64,000 bases of DNA, taken from NCBI GenBank assembly GCA_963736115.1, contig CAVTNR010000012.1, positions 224,001 through 288,000 on the forward strand, in the 5' to 3' direction. Below are positions 38,896-49,925 of the stretch, piece after piece; positions within the stretch are counted from its first letter, which is position 1; each line of letters opens with the position of its first letter. The position numbers and the translations under genes were made by a program. A model generated the notes under the pieces. It saw only the letters and a program-made list of their open reading frames with translations. It ran no database searches and was not told where the DNA came from. This stretch comes from an uncultured bacterium (lineage in GTDB: Bacteria; Zhuqueibacterota; QNDG01; DTFT01).

Positions 38896-41328
38896 TCACA
38901 GCCCTTTGCAGTACTTCCTGATCTCCCCCTCCGCCGCCGCCAACCCCAGGCTCCGTGCCTTCGCGAAATCCTCGCACGCGCCGGCCCGGTCGCCGAGCCT
39001 GATTTTCACGAGTCCCCGAAGCCTCCATTCAGCCGCTGAGGAGGGATTGATCCGGATCGCCTCGTCGTAGTCCTCGAGGGCTTCGGACGGACGGCCGAGC
39101 TTGGACCGGCACGCGGCGCGGAACACGACCGCGTCCCTGTTCCCGGGCTCGGATTTCAATGCGGCCGTGTAAGCGACTTCCGCTTCCGCATAGCGTTTCA
39201 GGCGGAAAAGCGCATTGCCCGCCTTGATCCTGGCGTCCGCGTCGTTCGGGTCGATGGCCGCGGCCCGGTTGAAATCCGCGAGCGCGGCTTCGAGGCTCCC
39301 GGTAACGGCCCTGCACATCCCCCGCTCCAGATAAAGGGCCTTGGACCTCTGACCCAGGCCTTCGGCCGCGTCGAAATCCTTCAACGCGCCGGCCAGGTCG
39401 TCGGTCTTGGCCCTGGCGCTTCCGCGGGCGTAACGGGCGTACGCGTTTTTCGGATCCAGTCGCAGGGCCTCGTCGTACGAGGCGATGGCTCTTTCGTAGT
39501 ATTTCAGATGGTACAAGGCGGACCCGCGGTTCGTCCACGCGTCCGCGTCCGCCGGCCGCGACGCCACCGCACTGTCGTACGCGGCCAGCGCCTGGGCATA
39601 ATCGCCCTTGATCGTGTACACATGACCCTTGAACACATGGGCATCAGCGGTAGTCGAGTCGAGCTTCAGAGCCCGGTCGAATAGCACGACCGCTTCATTG
39701 TATTTCTTCTCGCCCATTTTGCTCCTGCCGATGGTGAGCCAGTAATGACTCTGGTCCGTGAACCGGTCCGTCAGCTTCCGGAATTCGGAAGACTTCAGGT
39801 TGACGAACTCGGGGATGTTGACAGCCCGGTCCGGAAAGGCGAGGCGCTCGAGAATCACGGGCGGGGACGCGTTTCCCGCGGAATCGATATGCGACAGGCA
39901 GACGTCGGTGTACGGGCCGCGTATCTTGGTCGCGAAGGCGAGCCATTTCCCGTCCGGGGACCAGGAATGCCAGGAATTCATCGAATCCGTGTTGCATGCG
40001 AGCAGCCGCGGGGTTCCGCCGCCGGTCGGCACGATCCAGAGCCGGCTGTCCGGCTGGAGCAGCATGAAATTCTTCGCCTGCGCGGTTACGATCCACTTGC
40101 CGTCCGGCGAAGGTCTGGGAAAGTAATTGCTCATCCCGTTTCCGGACGCGCCGGTTAACGGCTCGGGCCTTCCGCCTTTTCCGCCGTTGAACGGCACCCG
40201 GAACACGTCGTACTTGAATCCCACCCGCCCGCTGATGAATTCCTCCGCGTACGCCGTGGGGAGCACGGCCTCGGGAGAGGCGTCCGCCTGCTCGGACCGG
40301 TACACCTTGGTCCTGCAGAAATACACCCATTTCCCGTTTGGGCTCCACACGGGATTGCTCTGGCACAGTTCCGGATCGTCGGCGCCGGGAAGACTTCCGA
40401 ACCGTTTTGTCTCGCGGTCATACCATGCGAGAATGCCGCGGACAGGGAAAAAAAGCTGGGAATAATGCGCGTCGTCTATGGGAACGAATATGGACCGGTC
40501 CTTCACGGTGGACAGCGCGAAACGGCCGTCGGGCGAAATCTGCGAAAGCAGGCCGAAGGTCCGCCTCCCGTCGACTCGCCTGTAGTCGGACCATGTGATC
40601 ACCTTTTCGGGTGTCAGATCCGTCTCGGGCCGGACTTCCGAAATGACATAAGACCCCTTGTCGTTCGCATAGTCCACGTCCATGGCCATAGTCTTCCCGT
40701 CCTTCGAGAAAGAGTGGCAGTTGCCGCACAGGGCCATGTTCTTCAGGAGCGCGGGCGCTGGTTCGGCGGAAGCGACATCTCCGAGATGCCAGCGTATGCT
40801 GTCGAGATGCTGGAGAGCATAGGAAAAAGGCACGGGAACGGCCCGGTAGAAAATGCTTCCGGCAACCGAGTCCGGGGACGTGCGGAACGCCATCCGGGAT
40901 CCGGAAAGAATGGACACCCCGCGGATGCCGTAAACCGAAACGCGGATTTCCCCGGACAGACCCGCGTTCCGGAGTTTTCCCCAGACTTTTTCGGACGGCC
41001 GCCAGGCGGTTTTAGAGGTCAGGGACGAGGACAGTTTCCGTCCGTTTTCCGATTCCGCGACCACCAGCCATTTTCCGGCCCTGCCTGTCGAATCATGCCA
41101 GACGAAAGTCGGGGCCGGAAACGCGGGCGGGAACAGGGTCCCATTCCAGGGATAACGGATGGTCAGCCCGGGAGGCGGATTCAAAAAAAGTTCAGGCCGA
41201 GGTCCCATGCCCTGCTTGAGAAAGAATTCCCCGAGCGGTCCGGTCCAGAGCACGATGCCGGCTCCGAAAACCACAGCAATGATCGCCAGCCCGATCAGGT
41301 TCTTGATTCTTCTATCTTTCAATAACAT
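38896..41328 (-). CDS. Membrane-anchored TolB-like (PD40) beta-propeller with CxxCH motif and TPR repeats
   Basis: N-terminal TM; CGNCH; PVWSPNGKW, PSPDGKW, SWSPDGKW; about 8 TPRs; alternative start at 41367; TTGACT-16-TAGTAT promoter upstream. Confidence 0.82.
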   Translation of the reverse strand: MLLKDRRIKNLIGLAIIAVVFGAGIVLWTGPLGEFFLKQGMGPRPELFLNPPPGLTIRYPWNGTLFPPAFPAPTFVWHDSTGRAGKWLVVAESENGRKLSSSLTSKTAWRPSEKVWGKLRNAGLSGEIRVSVYGIRGVSILSGSRMAFRTSPDSVAGSIFYRAVPVPFSYALQHLDSIRWHLGDVASAEPAPALLKNMALCGNCHSFSKDGKTMAMDVDYANDKGSYVISEVRPETDLTPEKVITWSDYRRVDGRRTFGLLSQISPDGRFALSTVKDRSIFVPIDDAHYSQLFFPVRGILAWYDRETKRFGSLPGADDPELCQSNPVWSPNGKWVYFCRTKVYRSEQADASPEAVLPTAYAEEFISGRVGFKYDVFRVPFNGGKGGRPEPLTGASGNGMSNYFPRPSPDGKWIVTAQAKNFMLLQPDSRLWIVPTGGGTPRLLACNTDSMNSWHSWSPDGKWLAFATKIRGPYTDVCLSHIDSAGNASPPVILERLAFPDRAVNIPEFVNLKSSEFRKLTDRFTDQSHYWLTIGRSKMGEKKYNEAVVLFDRALKLDSTTADAHVFKGHVYTIKGDYAQALAAYDSAVASRPADADAWTNRGSALYHLKYYERAIASYDEALRLDPKNAYARYARGSARAKTDDLAGALKDFDAAEGLGQRSKALYLERGMCRAVTGSLEAALADFNRAAAIDPNDADARIKAGNALFRLKRYAEAEVAYTAALKSEPGNRDAVVFRAACRSKLGRPSEALEDYDEAIRINPSSAAEWRLRGLVKIRLGDRAGACEDFAKARSLGLAAAEGEIRKYCKGL

Positions 41329-41927
41329 TCTGTCATCCTTCCATAGGGTCAGGCATGCGGCCGTCATGGCCGGCTTTCGTTTATACTATCATTTTTAGAG
41401 GAAAAGTCAAGGGATTTTTGAGTGCCTACAGGATAACCGGAAAATCCTCCAGCGGGTCTGTTCAAATCCGCGGGAAGTGTGGCGTGGGCCTGATAGGATC
41501 TATCATGACCCGACCCGGCCCGGACCGTACACTCCCTGCCCCTTGTGACCGGGATGTGACAGGGAAGAAATCGTTTGCTTTTTGCTCAAATTGAATTAAT
41601 TTAACTGCATGACTCGACGGGATGGAACGGATCCGTCACCCGATTCGACATCACTCTCCGCCTGCGCATTGAAGCTCCCCGCCGTCCCGCTGCGCGGGAT
41701 CATACGATTATATTTTCGAAAGGTCAGGCGCACGCAACCCGCAGGAACGTTTCGAAGGGATCGTGGACAGCCTTAATTTTTGGAATTACAAGGGATTTCG
41801 ACCGCCGGGACGAGGATGAACGAATATCCGGGTTTCCTGAAAAGTGCCCGGTTCTTACCGGAATGCCCAGCCTTCCAGATTGTGAGTCCTGCACGGATCC
41901 CGGCATGATCATGGCGGTTGCTGAATT

Positions 41928-43643
41928 TTGAACCGGCGTTCTTCCTCGACACTCAGGAAGGTCCTGATGGCTTTCGGCATTCGAACCGGTCCCGGGAGCG
42001 GCCCCCAGCTCCTCCGGAGATTTCCAAAGTGGCTGGCGGCCGCCGTGCTGTATGGAATCGCATGGCACCCGTTTCATGGAATCCCTCTCGCGTTCCTGGC
42101 CTGGTTCGCGTTCGTACCCCTCTTCGCCGATCTCGAAAGCCGGAAGTCGTTTCCGGCCTTTTATTCACGGTCCCTTCTCTTCTCCGTTGTCGCCTACGTC
42201 ATCGGTTGTCACGGCTTTTTGATCACCGCGCGCAGGCTCCCGACCATTTTTGCCGGCGCCGCCTCCGAGCTGTTTCTGACGTCGATTCCCTTCGCCCTGA
42301 TCTATCCGCTCAAAAAGCGATACGGTTTCAAGGCGGCGCTGACGGCCCTCCCATTTGTCATCGCGTCGTGGGAATGGGCGTACCAGCGCCTGGAGCATAC
42401 CACCGGATACCTGATGCTCTCCAACTCCCAGTCCGGCTTCACATGGCTGATACAGTACATCGACATTCTGGGCGTCTGGTCCATCGCCTGCTGGGTGACG
42501 GCGTTCAATGTTCTGATTTATTTCCGGTATCAAAAACCCACGGCACGCTCCGGACCGCGGCCGGTCCGGAAAGATTTCATCTTCATCGTTCTCGCCATGA
42601 CCATCCCCCCGTTGTGTTACGCCGCGCTCAGTCGCTTCAGGGCCTCTGGAAAACCGGCACAGGAAATCAGCGTCACCCAGATCCACACGCGGTTCGGCGT
42701 TCCGGAGGGTGCTCCGGACGAGTGGGCGGATCAGATCGAAAGGCTGACGTTTCTGACCGATTCGGCGGATTACGAGCTCAAGCGTAACCGGCTGGGAAGC
42801 GATTTGATCGTGTGGCCCGAAGGAGCGATCGACCGGGGCAATGATAAAAATGTCGTCGCGTTCCTGGATTCCGCGGTGAACGACTGGAACACCCCGCTTC
42901 TGGCCGGGATGAGGTGCGTCCCGGCCGGTGCCGGCCCGTCCGACCTCCGGAAAGTGAACCGCGCCGCGCTTTTTACGCCAGGCCTTCACGGTCGGAATCC
43001 GGTCCGGTTTTACGACAAAGTCAGGCTGTTCCCGGTTCACGAACGGATCCCATACCACGAGATTCTGGCCAAAATCCCGCGCTTCCCGATTCTCTTGAAC
43101 GACCCATCCTATACCAGGAAAGGGGATGGAATCAGGCTGATCGAATTCGGAACGGCTCGCTGCGGAACGGTCCGGATCGGGACGCCCATCTGCCAGGAGC
43201 AGAATGATCCGAAAATCTGGAGCGAAATGGCACTTGCCGGAGCCCGATGTTTCATTCAGTTGTCGTCTGAATCCTGGTGGACCCTCGAATCCTTCAAGAG
43301 ACAGATGGCCGGCATCACGGCGTTGCGATGCATCGAAACGCGCAGAAGCGCGGCGCGCTGTTCGAATCACGGCGTCACGGCATTCATCGATGCGTGGGGC
43401 CGGGTCTACGCGCGGGCCGGAGACGGGGAAGGCGCGGCCCGGGCGGCTCTCCGGCTGGGGGACGACGGCCTTACCTTTTTTACCCGGCACCCGAACGCGT
43501 TCCCCCTGTTTTGCCTGTTGATGACCGCCGCGATCACGGCCTGTTTCGAAGTCCGAAAAATTTCCGCCGCGCGGCGCATCCCGCTTCGGGACGCTCCAAA
43601 ACCGTTCGAAAAAAAGTATAAGAAAAGGAGAGGACAATGCTGA
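41928..43643 (+). CDS. lnt: Apolipoprotein N-acyltransferase
   Basis: LAWFAFVPL, LIQYIDILGVW, catalytic triad WPE / YDK / ICQE, RCIETRR-AARCSNHGVT; start uncertain. Confidence 0.85.
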   Translation: MNRRSSSTLRKVLMAFGIRTGPGSGPQLLRRFPKWLAAAVLYGIAWHPFHGIPLAFLAWFAFVPLFADLESRKSFPAFYSRSLLFSVVAYVIGCHGFLITARRLPTIFAGAASELFLTSIPFALIYPLKKRYGFKAALTALPFVIASWEWAYQRLEHTTGYLMLSNSQSGFTWLIQYIDILGVWSIACWVTAFNVLIYFRYQKPTARSGPRPVRKDFIFIVLAMTIPPLCYAALSRFRASGKPAQEISVTQIHTRFGVPEGAPDEWADQIERLTFLTDSADYELKRNRLGSDLIVWPEGAIDRGNDKNVVAFLDSAVNDWNTPLLAGMRCVPAGAGPSDLRKVNRAALFTPGLHGRNPVRFYDKVRLFPVHERIPYHEILAKIPRFPILLNDPSYTRKGDGIRLIEFGTARCGTVRIGTPICQEQNDPKIWSEMALAGARCFIQLSSESWWTLESFKRQMAGITALRCIETRRSAARCSNHGVTAFIDAWGRVYARAGDGEGAARAALRLGDDGLTFFTRHPNAFPLFCLLMTAAITACFEVRKISAARRIPLRDAPKPFEKKYKKRRGQC

Positions 43644-44935
43644 CCAAGGACCCGGCATTCCGCATGCGAAGAAGCGGCCGACCAGCGAGGCGCTCCGTTC
43701 TGCCTTCCCTCCTGCTATTCCTCCTGATGCGGTCCGCGTCCTGGGGAATGACAACGGGAGCAGTGGGCAATATCAACGCCGCCAGCAACAACCAGGTGAA
43801 AGTCGGATTCGCAGATCCGTCCCGGTTGAACTCCGATCCTTCGGGGAGACATCTGCGCCGGACATTCAAACCCGTGACCGGTCCGGGCCGGATGGCCGGT
43901 CCGAACGTCCTGCCGAAACCGGGCGCGGACACGCCCATCGAGATCACGTATCAGGACCTGACAGCGGCATATGCCCTCGGCAACGACCTGGAATACAATT
44001 ATTCGGAGAACGAAGAGGGTTACGGAATGAATATCGGGTCGCCCGATACGCTCCACGCGCAGCACTGGGTGATGCCGGATTGTGAGCTGGAAGACTGGGA
44101 ATACGGAGAAGGCGTCGCGCCTTCCGGAACGCCGTACCGTGACCGGTTCCCCTCTGCGACCCACTGCAAGGTCTACGAATACGAGGATGAGAAGTATTAC
44201 GAGTACTACGAGTTCACGGAGCGGAGCGTCCGGCTCATCGGATTCGCGGATGTGGTCACCGAGGAGGACGAGGAGGAAGTCGATTTCGAGACGGTCGATT
44301 TACTGATCGCTCCGCTGACCCTGACGATCCATACGGCTTTCAACGCCTCCGATTCGGTGGTGTTCGATGACCGCCTGCACGTGTACGACGTCAAGATCAC
44401 TCCGTACGGATTCGGCACGCTCACGACCCCGGAGGGGGATCTGGAAGTGCTGGCCATGCTGAACGATTTCAATGAGCGGGTCTTCGAGGGTTCCGAGCTC
44501 GTCGAAGAGAACAAACAGCCCATCATTGTCTTTATCAGCAAGGAGGGCCATGAAGTTGACGTATGGCTCGAGGAAGATACGGAACCCGAGGGCGTTGTGG
44601 CGATCGACTGGCTCGAATACACGTGGATCGTGGACAATCAGAACAACGTCGAGACCGGAGACAGACTGCCTTCGGAGATGACCCTGTTCCAGAACTATCC
44701 GAACCCGTTCAATCCCGGCACGTTCATTCCGTTTGAACTGAAGAAAGCGGACCGGGTGTCCTTGAAAGTATATGATACGCTCGGGAAGGAAGTCGTCGAG
44801 GTATTCAACGGCGATAAACCCGCCGGAGTGCACGCAGTCCGATTCGATGGAGGCCGGCTACCCGCTGGAGTCTATTTTTATGAGCTGCGGACGAATCGGT
44901 CGAGATTGGCGAGAAAACTCACACTGATGAAATGA
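43637..44935 (+). CDS. Acidic secreted protein with T9SS-type C-terminal sorting domain
   Basis: Signal peptide; LFQNYPNPFNPGT...LKVYDTLG...LPAGVYFYEL...KLTLMK. Confidence 0.85.
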   Translation: MLTKDPAFRMRRSGRPARRSVLPSLLLFLLMRSASWGMTTGAVGNINAASNNQVKVGFADPSRLNSDPSGRHLRRTFKPVTGPGRMAGPNVLPKPGADTPIEITYQDLTAAYALGNDLEYNYSENEEGYGMNIGSPDTLHAQHWVMPDCELEDWEYGEGVAPSGTPYRDRFPSATHCKVYEYEDEKYYEYYEFTERSVRLIGFADVVTEEDEEEVDFETVDLLIAPLTLTIHTAFNASDSVVFDDRLHVYDVKITPYGFGTLTTPEGDLEVLAMLNDFNERVFEGSELVEENKQPIIVFISKEGHEVDVWLEEDTEPEGVVAIDWLEYTWIVDNQNNVETGDRLPSEMTLFQNYPNPFNPGTFIPFELKKADRVSLKVYDTLGKEVVEVFNGDKPAGVHAVRFDGGRLPAGVYFYELRTNRSRLARKLTLMK

Positions 44936-45018
44936 GCGCCGGACAGGCAACTCCCTGTCCATCCGGATGGCTTGATGGGGTCCGCTTCATTGCGGTCCCG
45001 GACCTGAAAGAGAATGAT

Positions 45019-45052
45019 GGCCCGTGGCTTCCCAGCCACGGGCCTTTTGTTT
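45019..45052 (+). terminator. Rho-independent terminator
   Basis: GGCCCGTGGCT-TCCC-AGCCACGGGCC followed by TTTTGTTT. Confidence 0.8.
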
Positions 45053-45216
45053 CATAAAAGCGGGGTTGCAACCCCGCCCGTTTTGCCGGGCTGCGAATGA
45101 GGCATCAAAGCACACCCGGGGTGCGGAAACCCTGGTCGATCAGAGTATCAAATGGTTCAACATGTTCAGTATGTTATTGATTTTTTAATGTTTAAAATGA
45201 TTGATCAGGCTATGGC

Positions 45217-45265
45217 TTGACTTTTTCGATGATGTTAATTATATTACGACTATTCAGATCATAAT
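45217..45265 (+). promoter_or_regulatory. Promoter and putative Rrf2 operator of the met/cys operon
   Basis: TTGACT-17-TATATT, overlapped by the imperfect IR ATTACGAC-N7-ATCATAAT (45243-45265). Confidence 0.65.
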
Positions 45266-45281
45266 TATCACGGTTTGAACT

Positions 45282-45737
45282 ATGAAAATTTCCTATAAAA
45301 CAGATTATGCCCTCAAAGCCATTCTGGACCTGGCTGTCCAGTCCGATTCGGGCAGGGCCATATCGATACCGGACATCGCGGGTCGCCAGGACATTCCCGT
45401 GCCTTTTCTCGAGCAGATCATGCTGCTCCTGAAAAAAGCGGGTGTCGTGCAGAGCAAGACGGGCAAGGGCGGCGGATTCTTTCTGCTGAAAAAGCCGGAG
45501 GAAATCACAGTCGGGGAAATCGTCCGGCTGATCGAAGGCCCCATCGAACCCATTGCCTGCGGCGTGCGGGGAGTCCCCTCCGGGTGCGCCGAGGAGGGAC
45601 GCTGCGCGTTCCGGGAGGTCTGGCTCAAGGTGGCGGACGCCGTGTCGGATGTCGTCGACGGCACCACCTTCGCCGACATCATGCGACGCGGCCGCGAATT
45701 GACGGATCAACGGGCCGAAGATCACTACGTCATCTGA
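45282..45737 (+). CDS. Rrf2-family transcriptional regulator (IscR/CymR-like)
   Basis: KTDYALKA, FLEQIMLLLK, GKGGGF, IEGPIEPIAC...C...C. Confidence 0.92.
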   Translation: MKISYKTDYALKAILDLAVQSDSGRAISIPDIAGRQDIPVPFLEQIMLLLKKAGVVQSKTGKGGGFFLLKKPEEITVGEIVRLIEGPIEPIACGVRGVPSGCAEEGRCAFREVWLKVADAVSDVVDGTTFADIMRRGRELTDQRAEDHYVI

Positions 45738-45768
45738 ACGGCGCGGACGCCGGACAAAGGAGACCCCC

Positions 45769-47058
45769 ATGTCGGACCATTACGCATTTGAAACCCTCGC
45801 CCTGCACGGCGGGCAGACCGTGGACCCCTCGACCCTGTCCCGGGGAGTACCGATTTACCGGACAAGCTCATACCTATTCAAAAACACGGAACACGCGGCA
45901 AACCTGTTCGCGCTCAAGGAGCTTGGGAACATCTACTCCCGCCTCATGAATCCCACCCACGACGTTCTGGAACAGCGGGTGAGCCTTCTGGAAGGCGGCG
46001 CGGCCTCGGTGGCCCTGGCCTCCGGTACAACGGCCATTTTCTATTCGATCATCAATCTGGCGGCTGCCGGGGACGAGATCGTTTCGTCCAACAACCTGTA
46101 CGGCGGTTCGTACACCATGTTCGACGCCATCTTGCCCCAGCTCGGCATCACCGTGAAGTTCGTCAAACCCGACCGGGTCGAAAACTTCGAGAAGGCGATC
46201 ACCGCGAAAACGAAGGCGGTGTTCATCGAGACGATCGGCAACCCGGTGCTCGATTTCACCGATGTGGCGGCCGTGGCCAAAATCGCCCACGACCGCGGCC
46301 TGCCTCTCATCGTGGACGGCACGTTCACAACCCCTTACCTGCTCCGGACCATCGATCACGGCGCCGACATTGTCGTCAATTCCCTGACGAAGTGGATGGG
46401 CGGCCACGGCACGGCCATCGGCGGCATCGTCACCGACGCGGGCCGGTTCGACTGGAAGAATCCGAAGTTCAGGCTGTACAACGAACCTGATCCGAATTAC
46501 CACGGGCTGAAGTGGGCGCACGATCTGCCCCCGGCCCTGGCGCCGATCGCCTTTGCCCTGCGGCTGAGAACCGTGCCGCTCCGGAACCTCGGCGCCTGCA
46601 CGTCTCCGGACAATGCCTGGATATTCCTGCAGGGGCTCGAAACGCTTCCGCTCCGGATGGAGCGGCATTGCGCCAATGCGCTGGCCGTGGCGGAGCACCT
46701 GAAAAATCATCCCAAGGCCGCCTGGGTCCGTTACCCGGGTCTGGATTCCGATCCCTCCCATCAAACGGCGAGCCGGTATCTGAAGAAGGGATTCGGCGGC
46801 ATGATCGTGTTCGGCGTGAAGGGGGGCCGCAGCGCGGGGGAAAAGTTCATCGAGAACCTGAAGTTGTTCTCGCACCTGGCCAATGTCGGTGACGCGAAGA
46901 GCCTCGCGCTTCATCCGGCGAGCACGTCCCACTCCCAGCTTTCTGAGGAGCAGCAGGCCGAGAGCGGTCTGACGCCGGAGCTGGTGCGATTGTCCATCGG
47001 CCTGGAGCATATCGATGATATCCTGGCGGACATCGACCAGGCCCTCTCAAAGACGTGA
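45769..47058 (+). CDS. metY: O-acetylhomoserine aminocarboxypropyltransferase/sulfhydrylase
   Basis: [28 protein letters not shown] (PLP Lys), [17 protein letters not shown]. Confidence 0.93.
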   Translation: MSDHYAFETLALHGGQTVDPSTLSRGVPIYRTSSYLFKNTEHAANLFALKELGNIYSRLMNPTHDVLEQRVSLLEGGAASVALASGTTAIFYSIINLAAAGDEIVSSNNLYGGSYTMFDAILPQLGITVKFVKPDRVENFEKAITAKTKAVFIETIGNPVLDFTDVAAVAKIAHDRGLPLIVDGTFTTPYLLRTIDHGADIVVNSLTKWMGGHGTAIGGIVTDAGRFDWKNPKFRLYNEPDPNYHGLKWAHDLPPALAPIAFALRLRTVPLRNLGACTSPDNAWIFLQGLETLPLRMERHCANALAVAEHLKNHPKAAWVRYPGLDSDPSHQTASRYLKKGFGGMIVFGVKGGRSAGEKFIENLKLFSHLANVGDAKSLALHPASTSHSQLSEEQQAESGLTPELVRLSIGLEHIDDILADIDQALSKT

Positions 47059-47072
47059 AGGAGGACGGACGC

Positions 47073-48029
47073 ATGCCGAATTATTTCGAGGACAACTCGC
47101 TGTCAATCGGCCGCACCCCCCTGGTGCGGCTGAACCGCATCACCGGAGGAAGCCGCGCCTTGATTCTCGCCAAAATCGAAGGCCGGAACCCTTCCTATTC
47201 CGTCAAATGCCGGGCCGGCGCGTCCATGATCTGGGACGCTGAGAAACGGGGCATACTCCGTCCGGGCATGGACCTCGTGGAGCCCACCAGCGGCAATACG
47301 GGCATCGCGCTCGCCTCAACGGCCGCCGCCCGCGGATACCGTCTCACGCTCACCATGCCCGAGACGATGAGCCTGGAACGCCGCAAAATACTAAAGGCGT
47401 TCGGCGCGAACCTGGTGCTCACCGAAGGCGCGAAGGGCATGTCAGGCGCGGTGGCCAAGGCGGAGGAAATCCAGGCAGCCGCGCCCGAGAGGACCGTTCT
47501 GCTCCAGCAGTTCCGGAATCCGGCCAATCCCGCGATCCACGAAAGCACCACCGGTCCGGAAATCTGGGAGGACACGGCAGGCGCCGTGGACGTTCTGGTG
47601 TGCGGCGTGGGCACAGGCGGCACCATCACGGGCACGTCCCGGTACATCAAAAAAAAACGGGGCAAGCCGATTCTATCCGTGGCCGTTGAGCCGGAGGCCA
47701 GCCCCGTTCTGTCTCAGACGCTCGCCGGGAGGCCCTTAAAACCCGGCCCGCACCGGATTCAGGGTCTCGGGGCCGGTTTCGTGCCGGAAGTGCTCGATCT
47801 ATCCCTGGTGGACCGGGTGGAAACCGTTTCGAACGAAGAGGCCATGGAATTCACGCGCCGTTTGGCGACCGAAGAAGGCATACTGGCCGGCATTTCCTCC
47901 GGAGCGGCGGTCGCCGCCGCGATCCGATTCGGCCGGGACCCGGCGGTTGCCGGAAAAACCGTGGTGGTGATACTCCCCGACTCGGGAGAACGCTACCTGT
48001 CCGCGGACCTGTTCGGGAACGGCGAATGA
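47073..48029 (+). CDS. cysK: Cysteine synthase A
   Basis: [45 protein letters not shown]; AAGGAGG RBS. Confidence 0.95.
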   Translation: MPNYFEDNSLSIGRTPLVRLNRITGGSRALILAKIEGRNPSYSVKCRAGASMIWDAEKRGILRPGMDLVEPTSGNTGIALASTAAARGYRLTLTMPETMSLERRKILKAFGANLVLTEGAKGMSGAVAKAEEIQAAAPERTVLLQQFRNPANPAIHESTTGPEIWEDTAGAVDVLVCGVGTGGTITGTSRYIKKKRGKPILSVAVEPEASPVLSQTLAGRPLKPGPHRIQGLGAGFVPEVLDLSLVDRVETVSNEEAMEFTRRLATEEGILAGISSGAAVAAAIRFGRDPAVAGKTVVVILPDSGERYLSADLFGNGE

Positions 48030-49174
48030 AAGCGGAATCGAAATCCTCCCCTTCCGGGCGTACGCGGCTTTTCACCTTCGGAGACAAGGCGTCCGGACTG
48101 CCGCTCGAATGCGGACGGGAAATCGGGCCCGTCACACTCGCCTACGAAACGTGGGGTGAATTGAACGGGAAGCGCGACAACGCGGTGCTTGTGTGTCACG
48201 CGTTTTCCGGAAACAGCCACGTGTCGTCCTGCGAAGATCCGGACGGATCGAGCCCCGGCTGGTGGGACGGCCTCGTCGGCCCGGGAAAGGCCGTGGACAC
48301 GGACCGCTATTTCGTGATCTGCTCGAACGTACTCGGCGGATGCGGCGGAAGTACGGGCCCCTCGTCCGTGAATCGGGCCACCGGCAAACCCTACGGCCTG
48401 GACTTCCCCGTCGTCACGATCAAGGACATGGTCGACGCGCAGCGACGCCTGATGGACCACCTCGGCATTGACCGGCTGCTGGCCGTCGCGGGCGGCTCCA
48501 TGGGCGGCATGCAGGCCCTTCAATGGGTGGCGTCCTACCCGGACCGCGTGCGGTCGGTCATTCCCATCGCCACCACGCTCAAGCATTCACCCCAGCAGAT
48601 CGCGCTCGACGAGGTCGGCCGCCAGGCGGTCATGGCAGATCCTGACTGGAACCGGGGTAATTATTACGGCAGCAAGCCCCCGGAAAAGGGCCTTGCCCTG
48701 GCGCGCATGATCGGTCACATCACCTACATGAGCGACCGCTCCATGGAGGACAAGTTCTCCCGCAAGCTGAAAGACGAAAAATACAGCTTCTCGTTTGCGA
48801 CGGACTTCGAGGTCGAAGGGTATCTGCGGTACCGCGGGGACAATTTCGTCAGGCGGTTCGACGCCAACTCGTACCTCTACATCACCAAGGCAATGGACTA
48901 TTTTGACCTCTCCGGCGACCGTCTGTTCGGCGGCGGCAGGTCCATCCGAACGCGATTTCTCGTCATCGCCTTCCATTCCGACTGGCTGTATCCGCTGTAT
49001 CAGTCGCGCGAGATCGTTCGCCTGCTGAAGATGCGCGGCGTGGATGCGACCTACTGCGAGATCAAATCCACGTACGGCCACGATGCATTCCTGCTGGAAA
49101 TCGAAGAGGAGGCCCGTCTGATCCGGCATTTCCTGGACAAGACGCACGATCTCGCAGCCCTGGAGGATGAATGA
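48026..49174 (+). CDS. metX: Homoserine O-acetyltransferase
   Basis: [45 protein letters not shown]. Confidence 0.93.
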   Translation: MKAESKSSPSGRTRLFTFGDKASGLPLECGREIGPVTLAYETWGELNGKRDNAVLVCHAFSGNSHVSSCEDPDGSSPGWWDGLVGPGKAVDTDRYFVICSNVLGGCGGSTGPSSVNRATGKPYGLDFPVVTIKDMVDAQRRLMDHLGIDRLLAVAGGSMGGMQALQWVASYPDRVRSVIPIATTLKHSPQQIALDEVGRQAVMADPDWNRGNYYGSKPPEKGLALARMIGHITYMSDRSMEDKFSRKLKDEKYSFSFATDFEVEGYLRYRGDNFVRRFDANSYLYITKAMDYFDLSGDRLFGGGRSIRTRFLVIAFHSDWLYPLYQSREIVRLLKMRGVDATYCEIKSTYGHDAFLLEIEEEARLIRHFLDKTHDLAALEDE

Positions 49175-49755
49175 GGCTCGACCACCGGACCATCGCCGGG
49201 CTCATCGAACCGGGCACCCGCGTGCTCGACCTCGGGTGCGGGGACGGTGAACTGCTGGCGCGCCTGGCCGTGGACAAGAACGTCCGGGGCCAGGGAGTCG
49301 AAATCAGCGAGGAGGCCGTGTACCGGTGCGTGGAAAAGGGCGTCAGCGTTTACCACAGCGACATCGCGAGCGGACTGGAGGGATTCCCGGACCGCTCTTT
49401 CGACTATGCGATCCTCAACCAGAGCCTCCAGGAGGTGCGGAACATCGGTTTCGTCCTCGACGAGGCGCTGCGCGTCGCGGACCGAGCCGTGGTCGGTCTG
49501 CCGAATTTCGCCCATTTCCGGGCCCGCTTCACCCTGTTCCTCCGAGGCCGGGCGCCGGTCACGCCGTCCCTCCCCTACGACTGGTCCGACTCCCCGAACG
49601 TGCGGTTCATGAGCATGGCGGATTTCCGCGCGTTCTGCCGCAGGCGGGGATTCCGGATCCTGAAATCGGAATACCTGGGCGTCGGGCGACGCGTCCGGCT
49701 GTGGCCGAATCTCTTCGCGTCGAACGGGATTTTTCTGATAGAGAAAAGTTCATAG
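49171..49755 (+). CDS. metW: Methionine biosynthesis protein MetW
   Basis: [36 protein letters not shown]; follows metX. Confidence 0.9.
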   Translation: MRLDHRTIAGLIEPGTRVLDLGCGDGELLARLAVDKNVRGQGVEISEEAVYRCVEKGVSVYHSDIASGLEGFPDRSFDYAILNQSLQEVRNIGFVLDEALRVADRAVVGLPNFAHFRARFTLFLRGRAPVTPSLPYDWSDSPNVRFMSMADFRAFCRRRGFRILKSEYLGVGRRVRLWPNLFASNGIFLIEKSS

Positions 49756-49856
49756 ATCAATGAAAGAAGCGCCGGGTTTCGAGTCCCGGGTTCCGGGCTG
49801 TAATAATCAGCGAATCACGAAACTCACATTCCACTCTTCGGAAGCCTTTTTGATTC

Positions 49857-49912
49857 TTGACTTTTATCCCCCGATCGCCTACCTTAACATAAGAAAATTC
49901 GGGACGCCCAAA
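49857..49912 (+). promoter_or_regulatory. mntH promoter with possible DtxR/MntR-like box
   Basis: TTGACT-17-TACCTT; imperfect IR TTCGGG-ACG-CCCAAA at 49898-49912. Confidence 0.5.
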
Positions 49913-49925
49913 CCTCCGGACACCC

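Noticed and set aside
41720-41925. Possible c-di-GMP riboswitch in the lnt leader
   Set aside because: It lacks the GGCAAAC / GAAA / GACGCAAAG core; only a vague 3' resemblance.
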